NCBI GenBank assembly: GCA_004022145.1
Contig: RCNU01000001.1
Source: Paecilomyces variotii
Taxonomy: Eukaryota
DNA: 64,000 bases
Reading direction: 5' to 3' (one strand)
Every line of letters starts with the position of its first letter. Position 1 is the stretch's first letter. Below the pieces are notes generated by a model. It had not been told where the DNA came from and searched no databases. It saw nothing but the letters and a program-made list of their open reading frames with translations. Position numbers and translations under genes: made by a program. Shown here piece after piece: positions 1 to 11,898 of the stretch.

Positions 1-209
1 TTTGCCCTCTCACTCCATGGCGTCCGCGACCAAGCCGGATACGCTTTCTTCGCAGCAGCAACTGCTTCGTTCACATCATCTGCAGTCGCAACGGGAACAT
101 CCCAGAGTGGTTTCTTGGTAGATGGGTCGATTCCGTGGCTGATTTGGGCACTGGAGCGCGTCTCCCCGTTGATGATATTGCTGAAAGTGGAGAAATTGAT
201 AGATGCCAT
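1..209 (-). CDS. Aldehyde dehydrogenase family protein, 5' end (runs off the window edge)
   Basis: Not in the ORF track. Manual translation from ATG at 209 gives MASINFSTFSNIINGETRSSAQISHGIDPSTKKPLWDVPVATADDVNEAVAAAKKAYPAWSRTPWSERA, matching the ALDH N-terminal pattern (I-x-G...P-x-T...DV-x-x-AV-x-AA..A..W...ER). Confidence 0.85.
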   Translation of the reverse strand, partial: MASINFSTFSNIINGETRSSAQISHGIDPSTKKPLWDVPVATADDVNEAVAAAKKAYPAWSRTPWSERA

Positions 210-1904
210 TGCGGGATGAGAAGAGCACGGCCGTCCCTGATCGTTGAAGACAATTGCTATTTCGGTGTTACAAATTGGTGAGGGGAGATTTTCCTTTCCG
301 GTTTTACAGTATCCAATGCCTGTCTTCAGTAGTGATGATCCATGAGTCGCACAGTGGCTCAAGGCACGCCAGCATCAGGAACGGGGTGAACAAGAAAAGT
401 GGAAAGGGGAATCTACCTATAGTAATTAGCCTCTCTGCCCCGCGAGATCTGCGAGCTCTAGCTCGAAGTCGCGACGCGCTGCCCCTCACTATCTTCCTCA
501 TGAGTTTTCACAACGGAGCCTTATGTGGAGACGGCTGTTCAGCGTAAGTAGAGTCGCTTCACCACAAGACGTGGGACTCGATCCTCTTGATTGTTGAAGT
601 AGTTAGTTACCTCTTACTGCATTACTAATAACATTGTTTCGACAATCATCTATATTCTCTCAAAAGGAGACTCGAGGTTTCAGTACTGCACCGGTCCTGC
701 ATGAGGATTCGAAGATCACTCCCCCGAACTGAATAGCCTGAGACGCTGGTGCCTTTACTGAACACTGCATTTCGACAACTGTATACCATAATTAATAATG
801 GTGTAACTAGGTACTCCAAGTATCTAACTTACTCTCGAGGAGGAGAGAAGGCTCTCCCCAAACCACCCCGCCGATGACATCATAGCTGAATGCCCCACAT
901 CCATCATCCTCATAGAAGGGATTCTAAATGTACGATATCTTATAGATAGTAGTTATTGCATATTCCAATGGCACTTCTTACAGGGGATTTTGCCGTAAGA
1001 GCATAAATAAGTAACTAAGATCAAAACTAGATATATCAAAGGACAAAAAAAAAAAAACTTAATCATAAAGACATGTTATTTAGACACCCCGTAAATCAGT
1101 GGGGAAACATACATATGGTGCTACCTCTCCAGGATCGGGTTTTTAAGCCTAATTATTCTTTGACAAGGGGTATGTATCTAGGGAATATTATTGAAATTCC
1201 CCTGTACTTGGAAGTATCCAGGTTGTAATGTCCAGACACGAAGTGGGGCATCGTGTACATATATCTATGCGTGTTCTCAAGAAGTAGTATTTAAGACTCG
1301 TGTAGTGGTTTTGGTGCTCCCGGATACACGTTTAGCCGGTCGTCAAATGGGCCAACTGCTCAAACGTTTGGTGTTTGATAATGTGGTATTGCCCCATGAT
1401 AGACGGCTGACGCTGCAGGTTTAGCGGGGTACCGGTCAGGTATCTGTGCATATGATTTACAAAGCAACATACAGAATGCATGGACAACTACAGTATATGG
1501 AAGAAAAAGTATAATGAGAAGTGGGACATGTTCGTTCATATGGCAGGCATTGATTCAAAGGAGTCAAGTGTCCGCAGCTACCTAGGGCCACGCAGCGCTC
1601 ATCCGCATGCTCATCATCGTTTCGTGCTTTTTAGTGAAACTACCCCTGGGCTTCCCCGAGCGCTGTCTCCAAAGGCACGCCAGGAAGCACCAAAATAGAT
1701 AGCGATCTATGGGCTATGTACAGTTCATACCACAGGTAATCTGAACCTGAAAGAAATCTAAGTAGTGGAGAGCCAAGACTAACCCAGTAGCAATTACATG
1801 CAGTAGTCTTCCATCTAGTCCTCGCACGTCAAGTAACTAGAACGCTCTGCCTGCATCTGACGGCCACAGGCACCTGCCAACGGAAAGAAAACCAATCAAC
1901 GAGT

Positions 1905-4101
1905 TTACAGCTTAGCCTTGGCCAGGTTAGCCTTGAGTCTCTTCTCAACGGCAGCCATGTACTCCTTGGTGGTGACCCAGGCCTCACGCTCCTTGCGGCC
2001 GCAGGCCAGAGCAAGGTCCTTGGTCATGATACCCTCGTCGTTGACAACCTCGATACAGGCAGCCTCAAGCGCCTCGGCGAAGGTGACAACGTCGGGAGTA
2101 CCGTCCAGCTGACCACGCTGGATCAGACCACGGGTCCAGGCGAAGATGGACGCAATGGGGTTGGTGGAGGTCTCACGACCCTTCTGGTGCTCACGGTAGT
2201 GACGAGTGACGGTGCCGTGGGCAGCCTCAGACTCGAATGCCGTGCCATCAGGGGTAGTGAGGGTGGAGGTCATCAGACCGAGGGAACCGAAACCCTGAGC
2301 GACGATGTCGGACTGGACATCACCGTCGTAGTCTGAAGAGCACACATTAGCACGGATATCCAATCTCAAAGATGGATAAGAGACTCACTCTTCATGGCAA
2401 TGACGAAGCCACCCTCGCTCTTGATCATCTGGGCGACCATGTCGTCAATCAGACGGTGCTCGTACCAGATCTTCTTCTCCTCGAACGCCTGCTTGTACTC
2501 GTTGTCGTAGATCTCCTGGAAGATGTCCTTGAAGCGGCCATCGTACTTCTTCAGGATAGTGTTCTTGGTGCTCATGTAGAGGGGCAGGCCCTTGAGGAGA
2601 GCCAGCTTGAAGGAGGCATGAGCGAAGCCACGGATGGACTCGTCAGTGTTGTACTGGGTCTGGGCAATACCAGCGCCCTTGAAGTCGTACACCTCAATGC
2701 TCTCGGGCTTGCCGCCAGCAGGGGTGTAGACCAGCTCAAGCTTACCGGGGCCGGGGATCAGACGGTCGGTAGCACGGTACTGGTCACCGAAAGCGTGACG
2801 ACCGATGATGATGGGTTTCGTCCAGCCAGGGACGAGACGAGGAATGCGGGGAATGACAATGGGCTCACGGAAGACGGTTCCACCGCTATACTGGTGTAAG
2901 CCTCCCAAGTTTTCCATCATAGTTTGGCATATCAAACTTACAGGATGTTACGGATAGTACCGTTGGGAGAGAGCCACACTGCATTGCATTAGTATTGTCG
3001 TTCAGACCAGTAGACTGGTTCCGGAATCTTGATGAATAGGACTTACTCTTCTTCAGCTTGAACTCCTCAACACGAGCCTCATCAGGAGTGATGGTGGCAC
3101 ACTTGACACCAACACCATACTTCTTGATGGCCTCAGCGGACTCGATGGTGACCTTGTCATCGGTCTTGTCACGGTACTCAAGACCCTGATAATGGTCAGT
3201 GGGCTATTCTTGCGCGACAACACCGGTCCAATGGTCACATACCAAGTCGTAGTACTTGAGATCGATGTCCAGGTAACTGCACCCCCAGTCTTAGCATCAC
3301 ACCTCGGCAACGAAGACTCTCCAAATATCGACGTCGAGTTATAGAGTACTTACGGCAGGATCAGCTGTAGAGAGAGAGTTAGCCAAGGGTTCAATTAACT
3401 CCGCCCTGGATGCGGAGCCGCGATCTTCTCGGGGGAGAACGGGCCGCATGTCAGGGACGGGGAGGATGTAATTGGCAGCAGACGTACCTTCTCTCTGATA
3501 TCTTGCCAGATGATCCTGGTCATCTAGATTCAATTACCCAAAGGGGCATCCGTTAGCCATGTGATCCATCAAGACATACAGGTGTCTTCGCATCTTGCGA
3601 ATAATTCCTCGGTTGGGAGTGACAACAAGGCAGTCCTCCGTGTTTCCCCGCAAGCCGCAGTAACGGACGAAAACGTCAACCGATAGTTTCCTCATGTCCG
3701 AGGTCATGGAGCCTTTGCTTTCCTCTAGTGTATGCATATACACACACATATATATATATATATATATATGTACATCACACAGGGAAAAATGGGAGAGATC
3801 CTGAACCTACCTCATCTCCATCCAGTTCAACAACTGGGTTCTTAACCTTGATCTTCTGTCCGGAAGCCATGGTGCGCGTCTGGTTTACGGTATAAGAGGT
3901 GGAAGCAGTCCAGCTGGCAGAAGCAGAGACACGAGCGTCGCGGACGGTACGAGAAGTGAGACCGGAGAAAGCTGAGGTCGTTGAGAGGGGAGCAGGAGAA
4001 GAAATGGAGGAAGAGAGGAAGCGTCGAGGGGTAGAAGAAACGGTACGAGGGAGGGGCAACGAGCGTCGCGCGGTGGCGGAGACTAGCCGAACGGAGTTCA
4101 T
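1905..4101 (-). CDS. IDP1: NADP-dependent isocitrate dehydrogenase with mitochondrial presequence and C-terminal PTS1 (AKL); 8 exons
   Basis: Exons 4101-3811, 3523-3488, 3364-3354, 3276-3243, 3185-3047, 2978-2942, 2885-2389, 2332-1905, all GT-AG and in frame. Motifs [71 protein letters not shown]. Confidence 0.97.
3741..3769. repeat. (CA)n-(AT)11 compound microsatellite in IDH intron 1
   Basis: cacacacatatatatatatatatatatat is directly visible. Confidence 0.9.
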
Positions 4102-5113
4102 CTTGATAAGCAAGCAATGCTCTTTGGATGGATCGCTGGGGACTTGTTTCGTGCTCTGAGCTGTCTTGTCCTGTCTGCTTTTTTTCGCGCGTACCCGAGG
4201 GATGAATCTCGGCTGGATGGACGGGCAGTGGAGTCGGGCAGCGAACCGTTCGGTGCCGGGACTGGATGATGACAGGCGGATGTCTCCTCTGGCTGAGCGG
4301 CGCTCCCGGATGATTGCTTTTTAGGCTGCTGCAACTGGAAAACAAGGGGATTGGATTCTCGCTGAACGGGTTGCAAGGGAATAAAACACACGCCTGAGTA
4401 GGGGAAGATTCTTGAGCCGATAGCTTTCCTCGTCGCCTTTTTTTTTTTTTTTACTGCGATGGCGGACGGTGGGGCTTTGCTCTGTCCGCCGGCTTCGGCG
4501 GTTACAGCGTCATCGTCTGTCTGCTTGTCAGGGTAACTTCCGCTCGTCCAGCCGGTTCATGCAATCATAAAGACCCCGATTAGTATTATTGTCGATGCTC
4601 GTGGCGCGAAGAGGCTCTATGCTCGGAGTTAAGCTTTTTGATATGCTCCGTGCTTGCGCATCTCGGAGGTTTTCCGCGGGAAACCATCTCACTGCCCCGA
4701 AATAAAGTATATCTACCCGGAATATATACAATTCGGTATAATCTCGGCCTTCGGCACGGAATGTATTATATCTGCTATCTAACATGATGGGACGGTTGAT
4801 CGTCCGCATCTGAAATCCGTTCGTTGAACGAGATACATATATCGAGGATTTCTCGAAGCCCAAATGGTATATATGTATGCACATCATCAAACCCCCCCGT
4901 TTCGTGTTGAAAATCGTCTTTTTTGGAAACCGTCCATGTTGGGATATCATAAGGTGTCGTTAAGACGCCGCTTTTGCGCATATATGCGTCTATGGAATGT
5001 GTTGAAACAAGTAGCACGCTCATAAGAGAGAGCAAGGGATATAACAAAGCTTTTGTAAGCAGGCCAATCAAAGAGAAGGAATAGGAACTGGATGAGCTGT
5101 GGCGGTGAGAAAC

Positions 5114-8100
5114 CTAGAAAAGACCGTCGATCTCGCCGGTCTCCGTATCCACATCCACGTTCAGATATCCGGGGGCGGTCGGCAAGCCGGGGATCGTCTG
5201 GATATCGGCAGCCAGAGCATAACTGGGAGGATGGTCAGCATCGGAAGCAAACAGCACAAACGAGCGATTATTAATGGAGGGGAAAGCTTACAGATAACCG
5301 GCTCCCACGGCCAGTCTGACGTCCCGGATGGGAACCGTAAAGCCCGTGGGGGCTCCCTTCAGAGCCGGGTCGTGACTGAGTGAGTACTGGGTCTTCGCGA
5401 TACAGATCGGAAGGTTTCCAAAGCCCTGCTTCGTATAGGTGTCGACCTTCTTCTGCGCCAGCTCGCTGAACTCAACCTTCTCAGCGCCATACATGGACTG
5501 TGCGATACGCTCAATGCGTTCCTGCACCGTGTTGCCAAGCTCGTAGAGAAGCTTGAAGTCCTTGGGCTTCGAGCTTGCAGCAATGACGCCCTTGGCCAAG
5601 TCAACTGCGCCAGCGCCTCCTTCAGCCCAGTGGTTGGCCGGGATGGCGTCTTCCGCACCGGCTGCGATGGCCTCCTCGCGGATGACAGCGATTTCAGCCT
5701 CTGTGTCGGTGTCAAATTTGTTGATCGCAACAACGACGGGAACACCGTATTGCTTGGCGTTCTGGATGTGCTTCTTGAGGTTGATACAGCCCTTCCTGAG
5801 AATGTCAACGTTCTCGGTGCGGTAGACCTCCGGTAGCGGAGCACCGGGAGAGATGTCGGGGCCACCACCGTGGACCTTCAGGGCACGGACCGTAGCCACG
5901 ATCACAACGGTATCAGGGACGAGACCGGACGACCTGCACTTAATGTTGAAGAAGCGCTCACCACCCATAGTGAAGTCGAACCCTGCCTCAGTCACGACGA
6001 AACCAGTCTTGGCATCATGATCCTCTTCAGGTTCCGTACCAGCAAGCTTGAGAGCCAGCTTGTCAGCAACGACTGAGCTGGCGCCAATACTGATGTTGGC
6101 AAAAGGTCCAGCGTGGACCAACACCGGAGTGCCCTCCAGACTCTGCATAAGGTTGGGCTTGATAGCGTCCTTCATCAAGGCAGTAAGAGCACCACCGGCA
6201 CCAATGTCGTCACACGTGACGGGGTCACCGTTTCTCGATGTCGCAACGACCATGCGTCCCAGACGCTCACGCATGTCGCGTAGGTCGTTGCTGAGGGCAA
6301 GGATAGCCATACACTCACTGGCGACAGAGATGTCAAAGCCCGTCTCGCGGTTCAGACCCTTCTCAGTAGGAGCTTGACCCACGGTGACTCCTCGCAGGTG
6401 TCGGTCATTGACATCGAGGACTCGTCGCCAAGTAATGGTCTCAGGGTCGATATCCAAACGAGCGAAGCGGCGGATTTCCTCCTCAGTAAGGTCATCAGGG
6501 TTCGTCTTGTCAATACCAAGCTTCTTCAATCTTCGGAACATGATCGGCTGGAATTCACGCTTGCCCTTCTTGGCAGGAACAAGACGCCTGTACAGAGGAC
6601 CATCCTTCTGGGTGGCCTCGTGGAACATACGGGTCTCGATGGCGGCAGCCAACAGGTTGTTGGCAGCAGTAATGGCGTGGATATCTCCCGTCAAGTGTAG
6701 GTTGAATTCGTCCATGGGAATAACTTGACTGTAGCCTCCACCAGCTGCACCTCCCTTGATACCGAAAGTCGGTCCCTGGCTGGGTTGTCTCACGTTGGCG
6801 AACGCGATTCTGTTCAGGTGTGCTCCCAGAGCCTGGGTGAGACCCATTGTGGTTGTCGACTTGCCCTCTCCCAGAGGAGTAGGGGTGATACCGCAGACCA
6901 CAATGTATCGTCCATTGCGACGATGGGCCAGGCGGTCGAGAGTCTGGAGGCTAATCTTGGCTTTTGTATGGCCATACGGCTCCAGCTCATGGGAAGCGAC
7001 TCCTATTTCAGCGGCGATCTGGGTGATGGGCTTGGGGTATTGTGCTCGAGAGATTGCGATATCAGAAGGCACAGGCTTGACCAGCTTGAGGGGCAATGGC
7101 GTGATATGTCTGTCCTTTTGCTTGTTGAAGTACGCTTTGGCAGCGTTGACCACGTTCTGCATCAGCATGGCCACCGTCATCGGTCCAACACCACCAGGGA
7201 CCGGGGTAATCTGAGAGGCGACCTCGACGGCAGATTCGAAGTCGACATCACCGACCAGTCTTTGACCGGATTTCTTGGAGGGGTCGGCCTTGTAGTTGGT
7301 ACCAACATCGATAACGACGGCACCGGGCTTGAGCCATTCTCCCTTAACAAACTCGGGCTTGCCAATGGCAGCCACGACGATGTCTGCGCGCCTGAGGATA
7401 TCCTTCAAGTCCTTGGTCTTGGAGTGGCAGACAGTGACGGTAGCATCTGCGTTTTTCAGCAGATAACTGACTGGGCTTCCGACAATGTCGCTACGACCCA
7501 GAACCACTGCTTCCTTGCCGGCAGGGTCAACCCCGCTCACTCTCAACAGTTCCATCACACCCTGTGGAGTGCAGGGAACGAAGAGAGGGTGCCCTCCCCG
7601 CTTGGCCAGCTCACCAATGTTGATGGCGCCAAAGCCATCGACATCCTTCTCATCTGCGACAGCGGAGGTGACTGCGTGCTCCGAGAGATGCTGGGGAAGG
7701 GGCAGCTGCACCAGGATTCCATGCACGTCGGGGTCATTGTTGGCCTTGGTGATCTCTTGAAGGATTTCAGGCTGCGTGATCGACTCGGGGAAGTTGACAA
7801 TCTTGCATTGAATGTTGGCCTAGTAAACATATCTGTTAGCAGTAGATACGCATGGAAGCATTGACATTGACCTACCTCTTCTGCGGCCTTCAACTTCATG
7901 CGCACATAGGTACCTGCGTCAGGTTAGTCACAAACCATTGTCACGAGGAGCGTAACGGTAAGCATACTCGAATCAGACCTGTCGCCCACTATTTTGTACA
8001 CAGATCAGTTTCCATGTAATTCAGGAGTGTTTGCATATAGATGACATACCTTGGAAGATCACCAAGCTGGGCTTGAACCTGGGGTTGATCTCCTGGGTCT

Positions 8101-8530
8101 TCGCGATCTCCGCCTTCAACCTCTCGCGAATATCTTTGGCAATGGCCGTACCGTCAATCTTTGTGCCCGCCATGACGATGCTTGTCGAAGAAAAAGCTCT
8201 TTTCGAACGAGCAGAAAAACCCAACCCCGCTGCTGATCCTGAGTTTCCCGCGGAAAGATAAGCTGCGGAGAGGTTTCCCGAACGGAGTACGCGATAACTG
8301 AGGGAAGTAACCCCACGCCCGACCCGTAGAGTTCGAGATGCAAGTACGGAAGAAGAGACAGAAGCGGCCTTGCGAGTAGAATAAAAGGCCTGCAATTTAG
8401 ATGCGCGAGCACATGACAGAGGACCCTTTGCGGCACAGCGGGGTGACGCTGTGCAAAGGGCGGCCAAAGGGAACATGAGCTGCTGATTCGGGGATCTGAT
8501 AGCAGACGCGGAAGAGCCTATGCGGAGCAT
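5114..8530 (-). CDS. ADE3: Trifunctional C1-tetrahydrofolate synthase (MTHF dehydrogenase/cyclohydrolase/formyl-THF synthetase) with N-terminal presequence; 5 exons
   Basis: Exons (8530, 8476 or 8173)-8050, 7988-7968, 7913-7876, 7819-5292, 5222-5114. Motifs [67 protein letters not shown]; ends GEIDGLF*. The start codon is ambiguous. Confidence 0.96.
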
Positions 8531-8684
8531 TGACACGAGTAGCCGGAGCTCAGGCTGCTGGCTGGGTGAATGGACGAAGTGTATGGAAAAAGTACGTACA
8601 CTGGGAGAATCCCGAATAACACCCTGTTTAGTAACCTAGCGAGCTACAATAATGCCTCCTTCACCGGAATCCAAGGAGTCATAT

Positions 8685-8715
8685 TATTCCCAGCACTATT
8701 CCCAGCACTATTCCC
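8685..8715. repeat. 12-bp tandem repeat (TATTCCCAGCAC x2.6) in the ADE3/TIF34 divergent promoter
   Basis: tattcccagcac tattcccagcac tattccc is directly visible. Confidence 0.8.
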
Positions 8716-9086
8716 CTTTGCTCGTTCTGCCTTACTGCTTTTCCCGTCCACCTAACTTTTTTTTGCTCTCTCCCGCGGCGTGACCTTGGGAGCTTTCCGG
8801 ACTGGGCGGTCTTTCAGGGCTGGACCCTAAATACCGGAGGTTCTATATATCCGGTAATACCGTTTCAAAACAGGCGGCAACACTGTATCAAAGTCTTGGC
8901 GCGCAGCCGGGAACTGTGCGATGAAAATCATCAGGCCGTTTGCTGTCGACGACGACGAGCCCGCCATATTCCCCGCCACCCTTTCTATCAACGTCCGCGG
9001 ATCAAGAGATAGTTTTCTCTTCACGAATACCAGAGAGCAGTTGTGTCCAGCTGCTCTAATATCCATCAGATTCCGATCAGGCCAAC

Positions 9087-10306
9087 ATGAGGCCTATTTT
9101 GCTGCAGGGCCATGTCCGTCAACCCCCGCCCGATGCGCTCTTTAAAAAAGGACCTGGAGACTAACACTTGTTTTTCGCCTATAGGAACGGTCCCTGAACC
9201 AGATCAAATATAACCGCGATGGCGATCTGATTTTTTCGGCCGCGAAGGACAAGATTCTTTGCGCCTGGTTTTCCGCCAACGGTGAACGACTTGGAACCTA
9301 CCAAGGCCACCAGGGTGCTATCTGGACGGTGGATGTCAGCCCTGATACTGTTCTGCTGGCGAGTGGTGCAGCAGACAACACGGTTCGACTATGGAATGTC
9401 AAGACTGGTGACTGTGTTAAGGTCTGGGATTTCCCTACGGCGGTTAAGCGGGTTGAGTTCTCCCCGGATGGGAGCCGGTTGCTTGCTGTGACGGAGAAGC
9501 GTATGGGTTACTTGGGAACGATCGTTGTATACGACATCCAATATGGCGAAAACCTGGAGGACCAGACCGACGAGCCCAGCCTGAAGATCACCTGTGAGGA
9601 GAGCAAGGCCACTGTCGCAGGATGGAGTTACCTGAACAAGTACATCATTGCCGGACACGAAGATGGCAGCGTCAGCCAGTATGATGCGAAGGTACGAGAG
9701 ACCATTTACTCGGATCTCAAAAGTTTCGGGGCTATTTGATAGGGAAAAACTAACATCAGGATAAATAGACTGGAGAGCAACTGGAGAATGTCCAGGCGCA
9801 CGAGTTCGACATGCTGGTTAGCGATATCCAATTCTCCGCCGACCGCACATACTTCATTACTGCTTCGAAAGATAAGAGTGCAAAGGTACGGCATGCTATA
9901 GCTTTCAATCACGGATTCATGACAGGAGACTAACAAGGCAAAATAGATCTTGTCTGCGCGCAATCTCGCAATCCTGAAGACCTACCCCTCTGATACCCCT
10001 CTCAACACCGCTTCCATCACGCCCAAGAAGGACTTCGTGATCCTTGGTGGTGGTCAGGCCGCTATGGAAGTCACAACGACCTCCGCCCGTCAGGGTAAAT
10101 TCGAGGCTCGATTCTATCACAAGATCTTCGAAGACGAGATCGGCCGTGTACGTGGCCACTTCGGTCCCCTGAACACCATCGCCGTCCACCCCGCCGGTAC
10201 CTCCTACGCCTCTGGTGGAGAGGATGGTTACGTCCGTGTCCACCACTTCGACAAGCCTTACTTCGATTTCATGTACGAAGTTGAGCGAGAGCAGCTGAGA
10301 CGGTGA
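9087..10306 (+). CDS. TIF34: Eukaryotic translation initiation factor 3 subunit I (WD40); 4 exons
   Basis: Exons 9087-9113, 9185-9691, 9769-9885, 9946-10306. Starts [19 protein letters not shown]; contains [38 protein letters not shown]. Confidence 0.96.
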
Positions 10307-11366
10307 ATTTTCTTAAAAGACGGGGAAAAAAACAAGAAAAAACTATAGACGGGTCAGGCTCCCACGGGGAGCCAAAAGAGTTTTCGGTCGTTCAGATCTG
10401 AAAAAAATGTCTGGCACAGTGTATTGCATGTATTCACGACAAACGAGAGCAGGTACCTTCTTCTTTTTCTTCTAAGAGCAGAAAGAAAGAAAAAAAAGAG
10501 TACACGGGACGGATGACCTTAAGAGTTTTCTAAATTACCAGGGGAAATGGGGCTTTTTCCCGGTTCGTTTCTATTTACATCACAACTCGGAGTTGGTATC
10601 ATTGTCCTGTCTTTTTGTGTCTAATATGAGATGAGATTATTCTCTTTTTATTTTTCTCCTGACCTTTTCATCATTAAACACTGTTTGATCTCTCTCTACC
10701 TGTTTGAGGAACGGGGAAATATGGGGAGGGAACTGTGCCAAATGGAGCCATGGTATAGGCGATCAGGGCATGGCTATAGAGCTGCCTGAGCAGCTAACCT
10801 AGGCGTCAGGGCTAGATAGAGCAGGTACAATGAAAAAAAGAACCAAGCCTCCGGCAGATCTATATCTTCTCCACTTCTTCGATACTACAGTACTAGTAGC
10901 CACTTAGGTCAACGGTCATGGAAATTTACAAGGATAGTTCCCGCATGCATGTCTTTATGTTGGATTGTTCTATGGCAAAAGCCGAATCTATCAAACCAAA
11001 GCACCACCGGAAAAAAAAAAGCCCTAAAAACCAAGGTCATGGAAGCGTTATCATAAGCCTCGCGATGATGCCTCGCAAAAAAAAGGGGAATAAAACATGT
11101 GTCGTCATGATGGGCGCTCCACACCCCACTTTTCCACCATCAACGGTTGAAAACCAGGTCATTCGCATGCCCGCGCTGTATGAAAAATCACTAAATGTAG
11201 TCTTTTTTAAGGAAAACCATTGCACAATGTCGACGCTCATTTCGACTGGCAAATCCGTGAAGAGTCATCGTTGCACCACGTGAACGACACCAAAACCAGA
11301 AGAGAAGAAAAAGCGAAGAAAAATGCGCCCAAGAGGGAAGTACCCGGGCTCAGCTGGAAGAATGCT

Positions 11367-11898
11367 TTACTTCTTCTTGGGGAACTTCTCCGCTCCGATG
11401 TCGTTACCTCTCAACTTGACGTTGAGCACACGCTCCATCGCAGCGAGGACTTTCTGGTCGGGAGTGGCAGTACCCCGTTCGAAGTCCGCGACGACACCCG
11501 GTGTCGTGTTGCACTTGGTGGCGAGTTCCTTCTGTGTCATCTTGTATGGCTCCTCATTCCGGCGCTTCTTGATCGCCTCACCGACCTTGATTCCCACGGT
11601 CTTGGGCTTGACAATGTCATCGCTGCGGTCAACCTTCGTCAAGTGCTGGCCCTCTCCGGCACCAGAACGAGCAGCCTAATCATACTACGTTAGTACATAG
11701 CCTTTTGTTAAATGGAGATAACATGCACCGGGGAAAACATACAGCATTGCCAGTAGCGTACTTCTTCTCGGTTCCAATGATCAGGCCAGAGCGCTGAGCA
11801 GCGTTCAGCGCACTCTTGCCCTTCACGACCGTCTCACGGGTAACCGGACCTCCACGGTTCTTGCTTCCAATACGGGTAACAGAGTCCCAATCACTCAT
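11367..11898 (-). CDS. MBF1: Multiprotein bridging factor 1 (HTH coactivator); 2 exons
   Basis: Exons 11898-11743 and 11675-11367. [11 protein letters not shown]...LNAAQRSG...[10 protein letters not shown]...[11 protein letters not shown]...[10 protein letters not shown]. Confidence 0.95.

Noticed and set aside
4528..5071. ORFs of 140 and 98 aa between C1-THF synthase and IDH
   Set aside because: No motifs or supporting splice structure; they lie in terminator/promoter DNA.
1918..7864. Long plus-strand ORFs (e.g. 2372-2899, 6725-7864)
   Set aside because: They are antisense shadows of the strongly codon-biased IDH and C1-THF synthase genes and show no independent protein motifs.
10909..11283. 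ORFs between TIF34 and MBF1
   Set aside because: They run through A-tract-rich convergent 3' UTR sequence and are not protein-like.
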